Shown piece after piece: positions 38,315 through 52,336 of a stretch of 64,000 nucleotides of DNA. The notes beneath the pieces are model-generated. The model made no database searches. It was given only the letters and a program-made list of their open reading frames with translations, and was not told the DNA's origin. A program made the translations under genes and the position numbers. The stretch covers positions 806,001-870,000 of the forward strand of contig JAPDFW010000114.1 of NCBI GenBank assembly GCA_028826165.1, in the 5' to 3' direction. This DNA is from Anaeramoeba ignava BMAN. Its lineage: Eukaryota > Protista > Anaeramoebae. Each line of letters opens with the position of its first letter. The stretch's first letter is position 1.

Positions 38315-41300
38315 TTAAAGTTGTTTGCAATATTGATAAGCTTCATAAATATGTTTTAAAAGAATTTTTTGTGGAAAATATTTATTAATTTGATTTCTTG
38401 TTGTTTTTGTTCCTTTATATTTACTTAGCTTTTTAATTAAAACTTTTTTCAATTTTTGATTTTCATCTTTATTATCTTTTAAATCAAGAATTAATCTTTT
38501 CCAACCTTTAAGTAAAATAATCTTATTAACTTTTGTTATAAAACTTTTCAATTTTGATTTTTGATGATTTGTAATTTTTTCATAAAATTTAATTGATTTT
38601 AATTTAAGTGGATCATTAATAACTTTATCAAGTTTATAATAAATATCTGAAACATTTTTAATTAAAACTTGAGAAGTAAAAGTACTTGAACAAGAATAAA
38701 CATAAGAAAAATCTTGAATTATATCAGATAACTTAAGAATATTTTGAGAAAATTTCATAACTTGCTCATTTATAATTTTATTTTGATCTTCTTTTGATTT
38801 GTTACTTGAATTTTGCATTGAAACAAATGATGAAATGAAAATTTCAATAAAATGAAGCATTCTTGAAAATCCTGAATTTGCTTTTAATTCTTCAGAAATT
38901 TGAATCCATTTTTGTTTTGGAATTTTTTCTTGAACAATAATTTTGTTTAATAATTTTAAACTTTTTAATATTTATTTATTTTTTGAAATGGATCAAGTGA
39001 AGGATCAAGTGAATCAGCATCAATTTTAGTTAGAGTAGATGAGAATGATGATATCTTTGATTCAAGAAATTTCTCAAATATTTCTACATTTGATAAATTA
39101 ATTTTGTTTTTTGAAATGAAGAAATAAATTTCTGAATAATCCAAATGAAAAACTGATGAAATATTTTCAATATTTTTGGAAAGATCTTCTGGAAGTGGAA
39201 AATTAAGAAGAATATCATTAAATTGAATTTCTTCTTTTTTTTCTTGGAAAATTTCATCAATAATTGTATTATTAAATCTAACAATATATTTAATAATTCC
39301 ATAAATAAAATTAATAACATCCTTTTGTTTTCCAATATCAACTTTTTCTTCTGTAATTTCTGGAAATATTACATCTGTAAATGAATTTGTAAAGAATCTT
39401 TTTGAGATTTTGTTTGATATATAATTCCAAATAACTTGGAAATCTTCAAAAGATTTTGATAAAATATCTGAATTAATATTAGGTTGAATTTTCAAACTTT
39501 GATATAAATAATGAAATCCTATTGGTTTATCTTTGTTTATGTTTAATGAAATTATTTGATTTGAGAAAAATAGAAATCCAGGAAAACTTGTGAATATTGA
39601 AAATTCTTCTTGATGATTGAGATATATTTTCACTAAAGGGAATTGAGTTTGATTTCTAAAATCGTTGAATTGATTGCTTGTATTATCAAAAGATAAATCT
39701 AATTTATTTGGCAATACTTCAAGTGGAATTAATGATTCAAGTATTTTGTTTTCTTTTTCTTTAATTTCTTTTAAGGTATTCATTATTTTAGAATGATATT
39801 CATTTTGTAAAATTGAAATTATTTTTTCAAAATTATCTCGATTTTCTTTTTGTATTTCTTTTTGTCTTTGTCTTTCTTTTCCTTTTTGTTTTTTCATAAA
39901 ATCGAAATCTAATTTTCTTTCTTCATTTTCCATTTTCAATCTATAGAAAAATAATCTAACATAATAAATTGCATATTCTTTGGAAATATTTAATTGAGTT
40001 GAAATAATTTCAAATTCTTCATCAATTCTATTTTGAATAATTTCCTTGAAATGAATCTTTTCATCATCTAAATTTATATTTTTCAATTTGTTTTCTGGAA
40101 TAAAAAGACTAACTATTGAAGAATTTGAAGTAATTAATCTTGTTAAAAGACATGAAAACAAAATAATACGACATAAACATAATGAAATTGGATTTAATTC
40201 TCGAATTGTATAAGCATGAGAAATTTGAAATTTAGTAATTTCCCCAATCATTTCTTGATGAATTGAACTTTCTATTCCTGGCCAAAATTCATTCTTATTT
40301 AAAATATTACCTAATTTTGATTTTGTTCCCTTTTTTTGAATAGAATCACTTAATAATAGAATTGAATAAAAAGGTTCCCATTTTTTCAAATAAACATATT
40401 CAAGAATTTGAATAATCATTATTTTTTGAGTTTTTGATCCAAAATTATTATCAAGAAGAAGTTGTTTTTGAAGAATTTTAAAGAGATTTTCAATTGAAGA
40501 ATTAGATTTTATCAATTTGGAAACTTCTTTATTGGGGAAATCTGTTTTATTATCAACAATAACTTGTAAATAATTTGTAATTATCTTTGAATTAATTTTA
40601 TTAATAGTTTCCAAATCTTTTTGATCTTTTTTCTCGATTGTTGATTTTGTAATTTCATTTGGTCGATCAATAAAAGAAATCAAAAATATCTTTTGTTGTA
40701 AAGTAAAATGTTTTTCATTGAATAATGTTTCATTTTTATCTGAAAATGTATCAATAAGTAATTTGTTTTGTTCCTTATTTTTTTTAAGAACTTGTAATAA
40801 ATAATTTATTCCTATTTTTTTGTAGATTTGTAGAAATGAAAAAATAATCCAACTTTTCATAATTTGTGATTGTTCAATAACAGAATATGCTTTTTCAAGG
40901 AAATTCTCTGGAAATTGTGATATAAAATGACTTATTTCAACCATTTTTTTAATATCTGAAAATTTGGATATTGCTTCTTTTGAAAAAGTAATCAGAGAAT
41001 TCACTTCTAATTCTTTTTTATTTTGATATTTGTTATTTGTTGATAAAACTTCATGATAAAAATAAAGGATATTGGGAAATAAAGATTGATGGAAGTTTGG
41101 TTTGAATTTGTTTTGAACATCTTTAAAAAGATTTGGATTTTCAAATGTGTTAAAAAGAAAAGAATTCAGTAAAATTTCTTTAATAGAAATGAATTTAAGA
41201 TCTTCAAAAACATTTCCTTCTTCTTCTTTCGATAATAATAATAATAAAAAGTCGACAAATTCAGACCAATTTGATTGATTTTCGATTGAATCTTTTCTTG

Positions 41301-44300
41301 AAATTGTGAAATAATTAATGATTATCTTCATATAATTATGCAAAAAAATATTGAATTGATTAATAAAAGTATTGTTTTTCTCTTTTAAATCTTTAATTTC
41401 TTCATTTTTTAGAGAGATAAAATGACTTTTGTTTTTCTTTATTGTACTTTTGCAAATTGGACAAGTTCTCGCTTTTTCAACATCTTTAAATAAAATATAT
41501 CGAGATTTTTTAGTACATTTAACAATTTGAGTTTGCTTATTGCTTTTTTTTGTAGATTTCTTTGTAGATTTGCCTGAACTAAAATCAATTTTCATTTCTA
41601 AAAAGATATTTTTTCTTGTTGAAAATTCTCTTAAAATTTCATAAAAGGGTTGTTTACTAATATAACTAGCATAACTTTTAAGATTTAACATGAAAAATTC
41701 AAATTTTTGATCCTTATTCATAATTTCTTCTTTGAATCTCTGAATATTTTGGAAAAAATCTTTTTTTGATTTAATTTGATTTTTATATGGAAGATAAAAA
41801 TATTCAGCTGTAAAAGAAAGAAGTTGAAGATTTATAAATTGATATATTTGTTCTGATTCAGGATAATTTTTAAGAACTTCCTTAATTGTTTCTTCTGTTT
41901 TTCTGAAGTTGATTATCCAATTTTGAAATTTATTGCTTTTTGGATCATTGATAATTTTGTTCAATTTCTTTTCAATTAAAGAAAGTAATTGAGTAATGAA
42001 TTTATCTGTGAGAGAAATAGTATCAATTTTCCTCAAATTCCAATTCTCGAATAAAACGATCATTTTACTTAAATTTCCTGAATTTTCAGAATAATAATCA
42101 TATAAATTCCTAAAAGTTATTTCTGAATCTTCTTCTTTATTTCTTTTAGAAGATATAAACTCAAAATTTTGAAGATTAGTTTCACTAAATATTTTGAATT
42201 GTGAATCTGAAAAATTCAAAAGAACTAAATCAGAAAGAAAATCATTTATCCACATTGAATAAACTTCTGGATCTTTTTGTTTTGAAAATTCTTTGAATTT
42301 CATATCAAGAAGAGGATCTTCTGAAAAAGATTTAAATAAAGATAAAATATAGAAACTGAAAGGAAATTTGCAACTTTGAATTGAAGTGCGAAGAATTGTT
42401 GGAATTGTATGAGAAGGATTGAATTTTTCACAAATGGTGATCCAAATACTTTCATAAATAGGATTTAAATAAGATTCTGTATTGTTGAATTGATCTAATT
42501 GGCGTAAAAGAACATTTGTAATTTGAGATAATTGGGAACTAATCTGTCTAAAACAAAGAGAACTTGAAGATTCAAATGTCTCACCAATAGATTTGGTTTC
42601 CTTTTCAAGATTTTCTATAGCAAGTTTCCAATGATAAAGTGTGTTTTGTGATGGTGCAGTTTCTACTAAAGTTTTTAATTTGGAATAAATTAAGTTACGA
42701 AGTTTAGGATTTTGAGAAATGGTATTAAAATGTTGAATTTGTTGATTGAAATTTGAATATGCAACAGAAATATCCATAAAAGAAGCTCTTAAAATTTGAC
42801 TAAAGAAATCCATCTTGTTATCTTGATTTGTATTTGATTTTCTGTGTCTCTTTTTTTGTTTTTTATCATCATTTTCATTAATAGGAACTAATTGTTTTGA
42901 AAGATCATTCACAATATCAATAAGTGTTCTTTTTGGATGGAAATAATAAGAAATATCAAAATTATGTGGAGGATCTAAATCATCAAGATGAAAGATTTCC
43001 CATTTGTTTTCAAAACAAATCTTGAAGTTGTTTAGTTTGTCATTTGTTGGAATATGAACCATGAATACAATAAGAGCTTTGTATTCTTTTTGATTTTCTA
43101 ATCGGAAATTTCTTTCAATAATATGTTTTGTATGTCTAAACTGTTCCATAACAAATTTCTGAGCAGCAGCTTCAATTTGGATAACAAGAGTAAATTTTGA
43201 TTTTTTGAGATGAGTATTTGAAATACTTAAGAGTTTTTGTTCAAAATCAAGTGATGTTCCAAATGATGTTAATTTGACAATATCTGAAGTATCTTTTTTG
43301 AAATATTTATCAAATCCTTTTTCAAATGGAGGTGAATATGTTAGCAAAATAACACTTTTGGGATCTTCATTATTTGGAAGACTTTTTAACCAAGAATCAA
43401 AATTAGGAGAAAATACTTCCTTAAAGTAATATTCACATAATTCCCTAACAAAAATTACATTTGTATCATCTGGATTTGAAGCTTGGAATACAAGATTTCT
43501 TAATATAATCATTGTTCTTGTTTTAGCCATTCTAAGCCAATATTTGTGAATTCCTTTCAACATATCATCAAATGAAATTCTTTTTGACTTAAATAATTGT
43601 TTTAATAGGTCCTTGTTCTAATTTAACAACTAAAGAAGGAATTGTTTCTTGGTTATAACAAAGAATTAATTTATCTTTTTTAATCTCAGAAAAACTTTCA
43701 ATTTTTTGGAAAGCATCTTCAATTATTTCTAAAATTTTCAATCCCATTTTTGTTTTGATAAAATCTTGAGCTGTTAATAATTGTTTTTCAAATCTGTTTA
43801 AAATTGCAGGTGAAAGTGTTGTGTATGCATTTGTTTTATCCATCATAACAATAATTCTTGAATCCAAACTAATAGGTGTAATTTTTCTTGTTGGACCAAA
43901 ACTTATTCTTGTAAAATATTGACCACTATACTCAGAATAATTTTGATTCAAAAGATCATAAAGAGGTTCAAAAAGTTGATCTTCTTGAACTAAAACAACT
44001 AATTTCCCCAAAGAAATTGAATTGGCTACATTTTTTAAATCTTGAGTAATTTGGAAATCATTTCGATCTTCATTGAAAAATGATCCAAAAATAAGTTGAT
44101 CATGTTCAATTTGAAATTCTTGAGCAATAAGTGGAAGAATCATAATATTATCTGTAAGTATCATTAAATGACGTGAAATTTTATTCTTTTTTAAGATGAA
44201 TTCATTTTCTGACATTTGAGTTTTTGACATTTCTGATTCAGTATTTTTTTTATTAATTCCTAAATTTTTGACAAGCAAGTTCTAATCTTGATGGTTTATT

Positions 44301-47300
44301 TTTCAATTCTTGAAATCCAAAAATTTCTGTAATTTTCTTTTCAATTTCAATCATAAATTCAGGAGAACCTCCAAAATTACGATAAACTGAATTCCAAAAA
44401 TCAGATAATTTTACTTTTTTTGAATCTTTCCAAGAAAATGCAATCATTTTAAGTAAAGAATAAAAATCACGTAAACCAAAGAAATTTCTAACAGATATTG
44501 ATTGTTCTTCTTCTATTTCTTTTTCTTTTTCTTTTTCTTTCTCTTCTTCTTGTTTTTGATTTATTTCTTCTATTTCTGGATTTATAAATCTTGATTGATT
44601 TTCAACAATAAATTGATAAAGATATGGAAGTTCTTCATCAATTTTGGTTTCTCTATCTGTTATTGAAGCAAGAATTGATTTTGTTGTTTGTTTAAGACAA
44701 TCAAAATCAGGATCATTTCTAGAAAGAAGAATACCACGATTAATTTGACTTGGATCAAGTTTCCAATTTGAAATTGCAAATACTGAAACAGGTTCTGGAT
44801 TATCTACTTCAATAGAATCATTACTAGATCGAGTAGTTTGTGTTGCACCTAAAGCATATGAATGATCACAAAGTTCTAATTCTCTATGAAGAACTTTCAA
44901 AGGTAAATCTGGACTGTGTTCTGCAAGAGCAACTTCATCAAGAATAACAACAATAAGTAAGTGTCTATTTTCTGCTGCTGTTGTTCTTGCATTTCTAAAA
45001 ACACCTTCGATTGCTTCTGCTGTTATTATTGGTGAGCATTGAATATAAAAAGGTTTAATTGCTTTTAAAGGTTCAATATCATTTTCTGATTTTTTGATAT
45101 ATTTGTTTTCCTTGTTTTCTGTATCAAGCCATTTGAATAAAATTTCTATTGAAAGTGATTTTGAAGAACCAGGTCGACCAACAATAAATAAAGGAATTTT
45201 ATTGAAAGCACAAATGTATTCAAGCAAAAGATTTTCTGCAAGTGCATCATTTTCTGCAATAAATTCAGATTTGAATTCAAAACTTTCGTTAATAGTTGCC
45301 AATAATCTTTCTCTTGCAATTTTAATTTTTTCTTCAAAATCATTTTGTGAATTGAAAAAATTTTCTAAATCGTTTGATGTTTTGAATTTCTTTGATTTTT
45401 CCAATTTCTTTGATTGACTAAAAATTGAATTGTAATATTCCAATCTTTCATTTTGAGAAAATCTGCAAGCATAACAAACAAACAAAGTCAAACATATAGC
45501 AGTCAATATTTTTTCATTAGTACTAATTCCTTCAGAAAAAAATAATTGACCAGGAGAATCTTTTAAAAGAAGCCATTGGAAAACTTTACTCACTCTTGAT
45601 CCATCTCGAAGAGAAACTGAACTATCTTTATCATGTGATTTACTTCTAACAAAATCATGAGATTTTGAAACAAGAGAAGAGAAGAATGAATGGAAATTAT
45701 CTGGAAACTTAACACCACCAAGTTTATTAATTACAGCTTTAACCATTTCACTAATATATAATTGCTCTGATTGATGAGGAAGATGACCAAAATCGAATAT
45801 ATGATCAAAGAATGAATCAGGAATTTCATGAACTCGATATACAATTTTTCTTAAATCTTCTACTTCTTGTATCTTTTCAGAATATTCAAAAGTTAATCCA
45901 GCTTGCGTTAAATTTGGATCATCTTTGCTTCTCAATCTGAATGGATTTGCAATTGCTATAAAACGTATTTGTGGTAGAATTGGTTTTCCATCAATTGTTC
46001 TTTCGAATATCAAATTTTTCAGAAATGCAATGGTTTCATTTGGAGATGTATTGAATTCATCAAAAACAATATTACAAACTTGTTTTTTGTCTTGAACAAA
46101 TTCTGTAGCTTGTATCATCATTTTACGTATATCATCTTCACTTGTTCTTCCATGAATACCATAAATCTTCGTTTCTTGGAATAAAATATTTCGAAGAATA
46201 AACTCAATTAATTTTGTTTTTCCACATCCAGTTTCTCCAAACAAAATAACAGGAAGACCATAATTTAATCTATGATGAATAGCAACACATTTTAGAAGAT
46301 TATCACATGTGAGTTTGTAATTCCAGAAACTTATATATCCAGCTCTTGCTATTTCAAATGTACTTCTACTTCTTTCAAGAGAAACCAATAAAGAAAGTGC
46401 TTCATCAAGTCCAATTTGTGTAATATCTTCAACACTATTAAGTTTGGGAACAAAACTAATATTCAAAGCTTCCAATATTTTCTGAATATCTTTATCAAAT
46501 GTATTTTGAAGTTCAATTTCATCTCTTCCAAGAAATTCAATTTTTCTAATTCCAATTTTAGAATTTATATCAGAAACTGAAGGATCTTTTCTTCTAAATA
46601 CACAAAACATTAAATCCCGTTTTTCCCAAGGTACAATTTTGCTAAATATTTTTGAATGAGATTCAATTCTTTGATTTTCACTTTCAATTAATTCTGTTGT
46701 CCAATTAACAGATCTAAATACCATTCTTAATGATGTAATTACAATGATTTTGGATAATTGATAAGAAAATCTACGACATTTATCTTCATCTCTGAATAAA
46801 GGCATGAATCCTTCTGGATAAAATTTTTCCCATTCTTTTACTTCTTCAATCATTTTACCAAGAAATACCCAAAAATTATTAAGTAAAGAGAATGTTAATC
46901 TTTCTTCTTTTCCATTTGGAACTTTGTTTTGGATTATTTTTTCGCATTTCTTATAAAATTCTTTGATTTTGTAACTTTGAGAAAAGAGCTCATCTCGATT
47001 TTGGTAATGAATATTTTGGAATTTTTGTTTCTTTAATAAGAAAAAATTTGCAATTAATTTAATGTATTTGTTTTCAATAAATTTTGGAATTTGTTCTCCA
47101 TTTTCTGGTATTTTTTCAAGATGTAAAGAAGATATTGTATTTTGGTTTGTTTCACATTTAACAACTGGAAGATATTTAAGAACTGGGAATATATCTAATC
47201 CAAAATTAGAATTTTTAAGTCTTATACTGGGAATTTCAAAGTATATTAAATCTGTTTTCTGAAGGATAAATGCTGAATTTCCTCCATAACATCTTGGATC

Positions 47301-50300
47301 TTCAATATGATCGAACATAATAAGAGACCATAGAGCCTTGGACATTTCAAGATTAATACAATGAGCAAAATCCAAATGTATAAAATTCTTAGTATTTCTT
47401 GGAATTGTTTTAAGTTGAGATATAAGATCTTCAATTTTGTTTGAACGAATTAATAATCTGAAATATAAATGTTTGGGATATTTTTCAAATGCAGTTTTTT
47501 GTATCTGATAAGTTTTTCCATTTCCAGCAATTTCAGAAACATAAACTTGGAAATTAAGTTCTTCATCTTCTCCATCATCATCTCCGTCACCATCTCCATT
47601 ATCTTCGCCATCACCGTCATCATCTCCCTCTCCATCATCATCACCATCACCATCATCATCTCCAGAATTTACATCATTTTCATTATTTTCATTATTTTCA
47701 TTATTTTCATTGTTTTCATCAATTTCATTATTTAAATCATCTTGATATTCTTCTTGCAAGTAAATATTTCTAATTGATTCTGGTGGAAGAGGTTCTAAAT
47801 CTCGAATAATCCCATTATAAACACAACTTGCTAATAATTGGAAAGAATTAATCAAGCCTGTGCATAATAGAATCATTGGATATTTTGTTTTGAAATCAAT
47901 AGATTGTATTTTGAAAATTAAATGACTTTGTTTTTTCTTTGAAAGTTCATTTGCAAAGAGAATTGCAAAACAGAAATTCTTTTCTGAATCTTTAACATAG
48001 TTGTGAAACATTTGATATCTTGAAAAGAAAATGGAAATATCATCTTCAGTAGTTTTTTGATTACAACAAAGAACATTTTCTCTTTTTGGAAATGATTTTG
48101 TATGAATAAGGAAAAAAGATGTTGTCATATCATAAATTCGATATGAATTTGGAATTTCCACAATGAATATTTTTGGATCTCCGATTGTTCCATCTCTTTG
48201 ATTAAAATATTTCCTCATTTTGGAAGTGAAAGTAAGAAAGGGTTCTTCTTCAATATTAAATTCCCCTTCTTGTTTTAAATCTTCAAATGAAAATAATTTT
48301 TCTAATACTCCAAGATTGAGTTGTTTCAAGAAATATTTAAGCACTTCTTGTTTGTTTTTCTCGTTTTGATTGAATTTATTTGAATCTTTTTCATATTTCT
48401 GAAGAAAATCTTCAAAATTTTGGATAATATTTTCAGATTTTGGAGAGAAAATATGAAGAATATTGATAATTTCTTGTTTTTTTTTGAGATTGTTTTCTTC
48501 TTCATCATCAATTTCACTATAAGTATCAGTTTCACTATCAACTTCATCATCACTTTCACTTTCAGTTTCACTTTGAATTTTTTTTTCCTTTTCCTTTTCA
48601 TTGTTGTTTTGGTTTTGGTTTTCATTATTTTGATTTTCATTTTGATTTTGGTTTATATGTTCTTCCTTTTTTAAGTTTACAAAATCTGAAATTAGTTTAA
48701 GTTGTTCAATTGAGAAGAATGAAAGAAATTTAAATTCTTTTTGTTTGAAGAAAATCTCGTTTTTATCTTTTTCCCATTGATTAAGAGCTTCAATAAATTC
48801 TTTTTTTGCTTCCTCAAATTCTTTTTTCCATTGTGTAGAATGAGAACCAAGTTTAAGTTCTTTTTGATAACCCATAGAAAATTCAAAATGGCCTGAAGAA
48901 GCAAGACGAGAAAAAGCTGAAATTGCAGCACTAATTTTAGGAAGAGTTCTTGTAAATTTGGAAAAAACTTTGTTTGTTTGATTTTGTTGTTGTTTAATTG
49001 AAAGAACTGTACTATTAAATTCAACTAAATTCCCAAGACCAAATTTTGCTATTTTCCGATTTTCACCAATAAAAGCATGAAGATAACAATCAACAGCTCC
49101 TTTATCATTAATAGTGAAGTAAAATCTTGTATCAGGATCAAATATTGCTTTTATTGTATTCATTGCTTTTTCTTGTGGACTTTCCTTTTGTGAGCTTATC
49201 AAACTTTCAATATCTTCAATTCTTGAATGAATGAAATTAAGTTGAACCTTTTTTTGTTCCTCAGTTACATCTTCCTCTGCTTTTGCAATAAAATCACAGA
49301 GTTGAGAAAGATCACTAAGATTATCTTTAAAAAAATAACTTGAAACACGTGTATGAACACGAATCAAAGAGTTTGATACTTCTGCCATCACATTATCATC
49401 AAACTTTGTTGGATCTGTATCTCTTTTTAATTGAATAAGATCAGGATATTTTTTCAAAAACTTAAACAATTTTTTATCATAATTCCCATTTAAACCAGGT
49501 ACAAGTTCAGAAAGAAAATTAAATGTATCAGGTTTTAACTTTGCTAGAGTGTTACTTATATCCTTATAAATTAGATCTGAATCCTTTAATTTCTTTTGAG
49601 CAAAATCAGAATCTTCAAGTTCTGAAAGATTTCTTAATCGATTAAAAGAATCTCTGTTTTGGAAATGGAAATTGGAACAAAATCCAATAAAATTTGGAAT
49701 TTGATCTCGAAATCGACGAATATCTATAAATTGGAAAATTTTTTGAGGATCAATTTCCTTTTCTTGGATTGGATATTGGGAATTAAGATAAGAAACCTCT
49801 TGCTTAACATAACTATTATTACAATCTTTCTTGAAAAAACGATCTAAATTGAAAAATTCAATATTTCCTTCATAAAATAATTGGAAAGTTTTAGTCCAAA
49901 ACGAGGCAACTTTCTGCAAAAGTATTTTAATAAAATCATGGAATAATCTTGGTTTCTTCTGTCTTTTTTTTGATTTTGTAAAGAGACTTTCTGTAGTGAT
50001 TAATTTATCCCAAACAAGTGTTCTAAAAATGATACTTGGTTGAATTTTTGTTATCACATTAAAAAACTTGAATTCTTCTTCTGAGATGAAAGAGATGAGT
50101 TTCAAAGAATCATAGACATTGAGCTTACCGGTGTTTATTTTGTAAGAAATTGTTTCATAAATGGATGTATCTATACTTGCTTTTATGATATCTGATTTAC
50201 AAAAGTTATGAAGAATAAGAATTTTTTTTTGAAGTTCTCTAAAAGCTGGTTTAAGATTTGAATCTGTGAATTTTGGATCAATAATTTTGAAAATTTGTGT

Positions 50301-52143
50301 GAGAAACTTTGAATTATCATGGTAAACTTTGTATTCTGGTGGGCAACATCTTTCTGATTTTATGTCTTTCTCCAAATTGTAAATGATTTTGTATAAAAAA
50401 TATGCATTTTTAGGAAAAGAACCTGATTGCGCTTTATGGATATCAAAATATCTTCTAGCAGCACGAATCCATCTAATTTCATTTCTTAAATCTGATCTTT
50501 TTTTTTTTTCCAAATTGCTAATAAAATGGAAAAATTTTTGAATTTCTGATCTTTCTGTTGATTTAAATTTTGGGAGCTTGATTAATGATTCCCAATAACT
50601 GCATTGAATATCATCAAATAAAATATTTTGGATAATTTTTCTTTCTCTGCGTTTTGTCTGGTTTGAATATCTGTAGCTTTTTTTAACCAATTCCAAGAAA
50701 TAATCATAGAAATACGATGTATGTAAACCTTCTAGTGTTTTTTTTGATGCAACTTCATCTATAAATTGTGTATGATCAATTTTTGATAGTTGATTTTGAT
50801 CCAAAATTTGTTTTTGAATATAGTTTTTAATCAATTTTTTTGTTTCCATTTTTTGTTTGCTTGTTTCATCAAGAATTCTATCCCAATACAAAAAACGGTC
50901 GGATAATGTTTTGTGTGGGAAATTATCAATATCTTTCATAAGCAATTTGACAATTTCATCATTGAAATATCCGAAGATTTTGTGCTTAAAAAGAAGAAAT
51001 AAAAAGTTCTTGCGATTAATATTACTTTGGTAGAAAATATACATCATAAAATCTGTTGTTAATATTTCTCTGTAATTTTTTTCAGTAACAATTTTCAAAA
51101 CATCCAAGAATTCTTTTTCTTTTTCCATTTCTGAAATGCATTTATACTCAGTGAGTATGTATGTAAGAATATTATCTCCATTGAGACATATTGTTAAAAA
51201 TGGGAGGCATTGATAAAGAAACTTGAATCGTGATTTTCTTTCTTTTGGATCTTGGTTGTGAATTTTTTGGAAATATAATTCAAATGAAATTCTGATTCTT
51301 TGTATTATTTCTGGAATACTGATAACTTGCAACTGATTCACGAAAGTAAACAATTTTATTCTATTTTCTGAAGAAAGAAGCTTTTCTATTAAGAAAAAAT
51401 CAAAATCAAAATAGGATAATAAAGCAAGAGAGATGATAATTTGGCTTATTTGATAATTTTTGAAATCTTGTTTTGATAATTTGAGATCAAAAGGCTTCTT
51501 GAATAAATTGATTATTATTATTATTATTTTGGAATTGATCTGCAAAAAACTCGTTGAAATAATACCAAAAAAACATAATTGATTGTAAATCAATATCTTG
51601 ATTGTTGAATTGCTTGATAAAAACAGATGTTTGATGAAATAAATAAAGAAGAATTTGCACTTGATTATTTTTATCTGAAATATTTTGGAGAATTTTTCCT
51701 TGAGAATCAAAAACATTAACGAAAAGATAAGGAAAAAACTCAGAAATAGCAGCAGGTCTAAAAGGATTAACAAAAATTGAACTTGCAAATTTTTTGATTT
51801 GATTAAAAGGAATTGCAAAAACAGAATCTTTTGTTAAAAATATATCAGTAAAATTATTTTCATTAATTTCAGTTGTCATTTTCGGTTTTATTTCTTCTGT
51901 AATTTTTTCTTTTTTTGGATTTGTAAAAAAATTAAAATAACTTTCTGGAAGTTCAATTAAAAGAAATTCTTGTGTTTTTTGTAAAGTGTTTGTTTCATAA
52001 ATCCATAAATTTTCATTTTCTTGTGATTTATTAATTGGAATAAAACTTTTTTGTTGTTGAATTGAATTTTCTTTTGCTATTCCTATTTTTAATTCTTTTG
52101 ATTTTTTTGAAGTTAAAATAAGTAAAATAATTTGAATTGACAT
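38315..52143 (-). CDS. RNF213/mysterin-like giant dynein-type AAA+ protein (~4,600 aa), split into 5 ORFs by 1-bp frameshifts
   Basis: LPVILFGETGCGKT, VFDEFNT, IPLFIVGRPGSSKSLS, VILDEVALAEHSPDLPLKVLH, ISNWKLDP, FFGLRDFYSLLK, IFGSFF.ED, LYDLLNQNY and LNRFEKQ are RNF213-family motifs. The ORFs abut in shifted frames, mostly at homopolymers. Confidence 0.88.
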
Positions 52144-52336
52144 TTAAAATGAAAGAAAAAAATGAAAAAAAAAAGGAAAAAAAAAAATTTTTTTAAAAAA
52201 AAAAATAAAAATAAAAATAAAAATAAAAAATAGTTATTCTTAAAAGAGGACTTTTTTAATTTTGATTTTTAATTTTCTTTTTAAAAAAAAAAAAAAGATT
52301 GTCTTGTTTTTGTTAAAAAAAAGAAAAGAAAATTAT

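Noticed and set aside
38860-51818. Programmed frameshifting or a multi-gene operon in the RNF213-like locus
   Set aside because: Breaks at ~51490, ~44265 and ~38970 are single-base differences in A/T homopolymers, and the ~43600 break is also a simple frame shift. Similar breaks occur in unrelated genes (~25530, ~60455). Assembly error is the simpler explanation.
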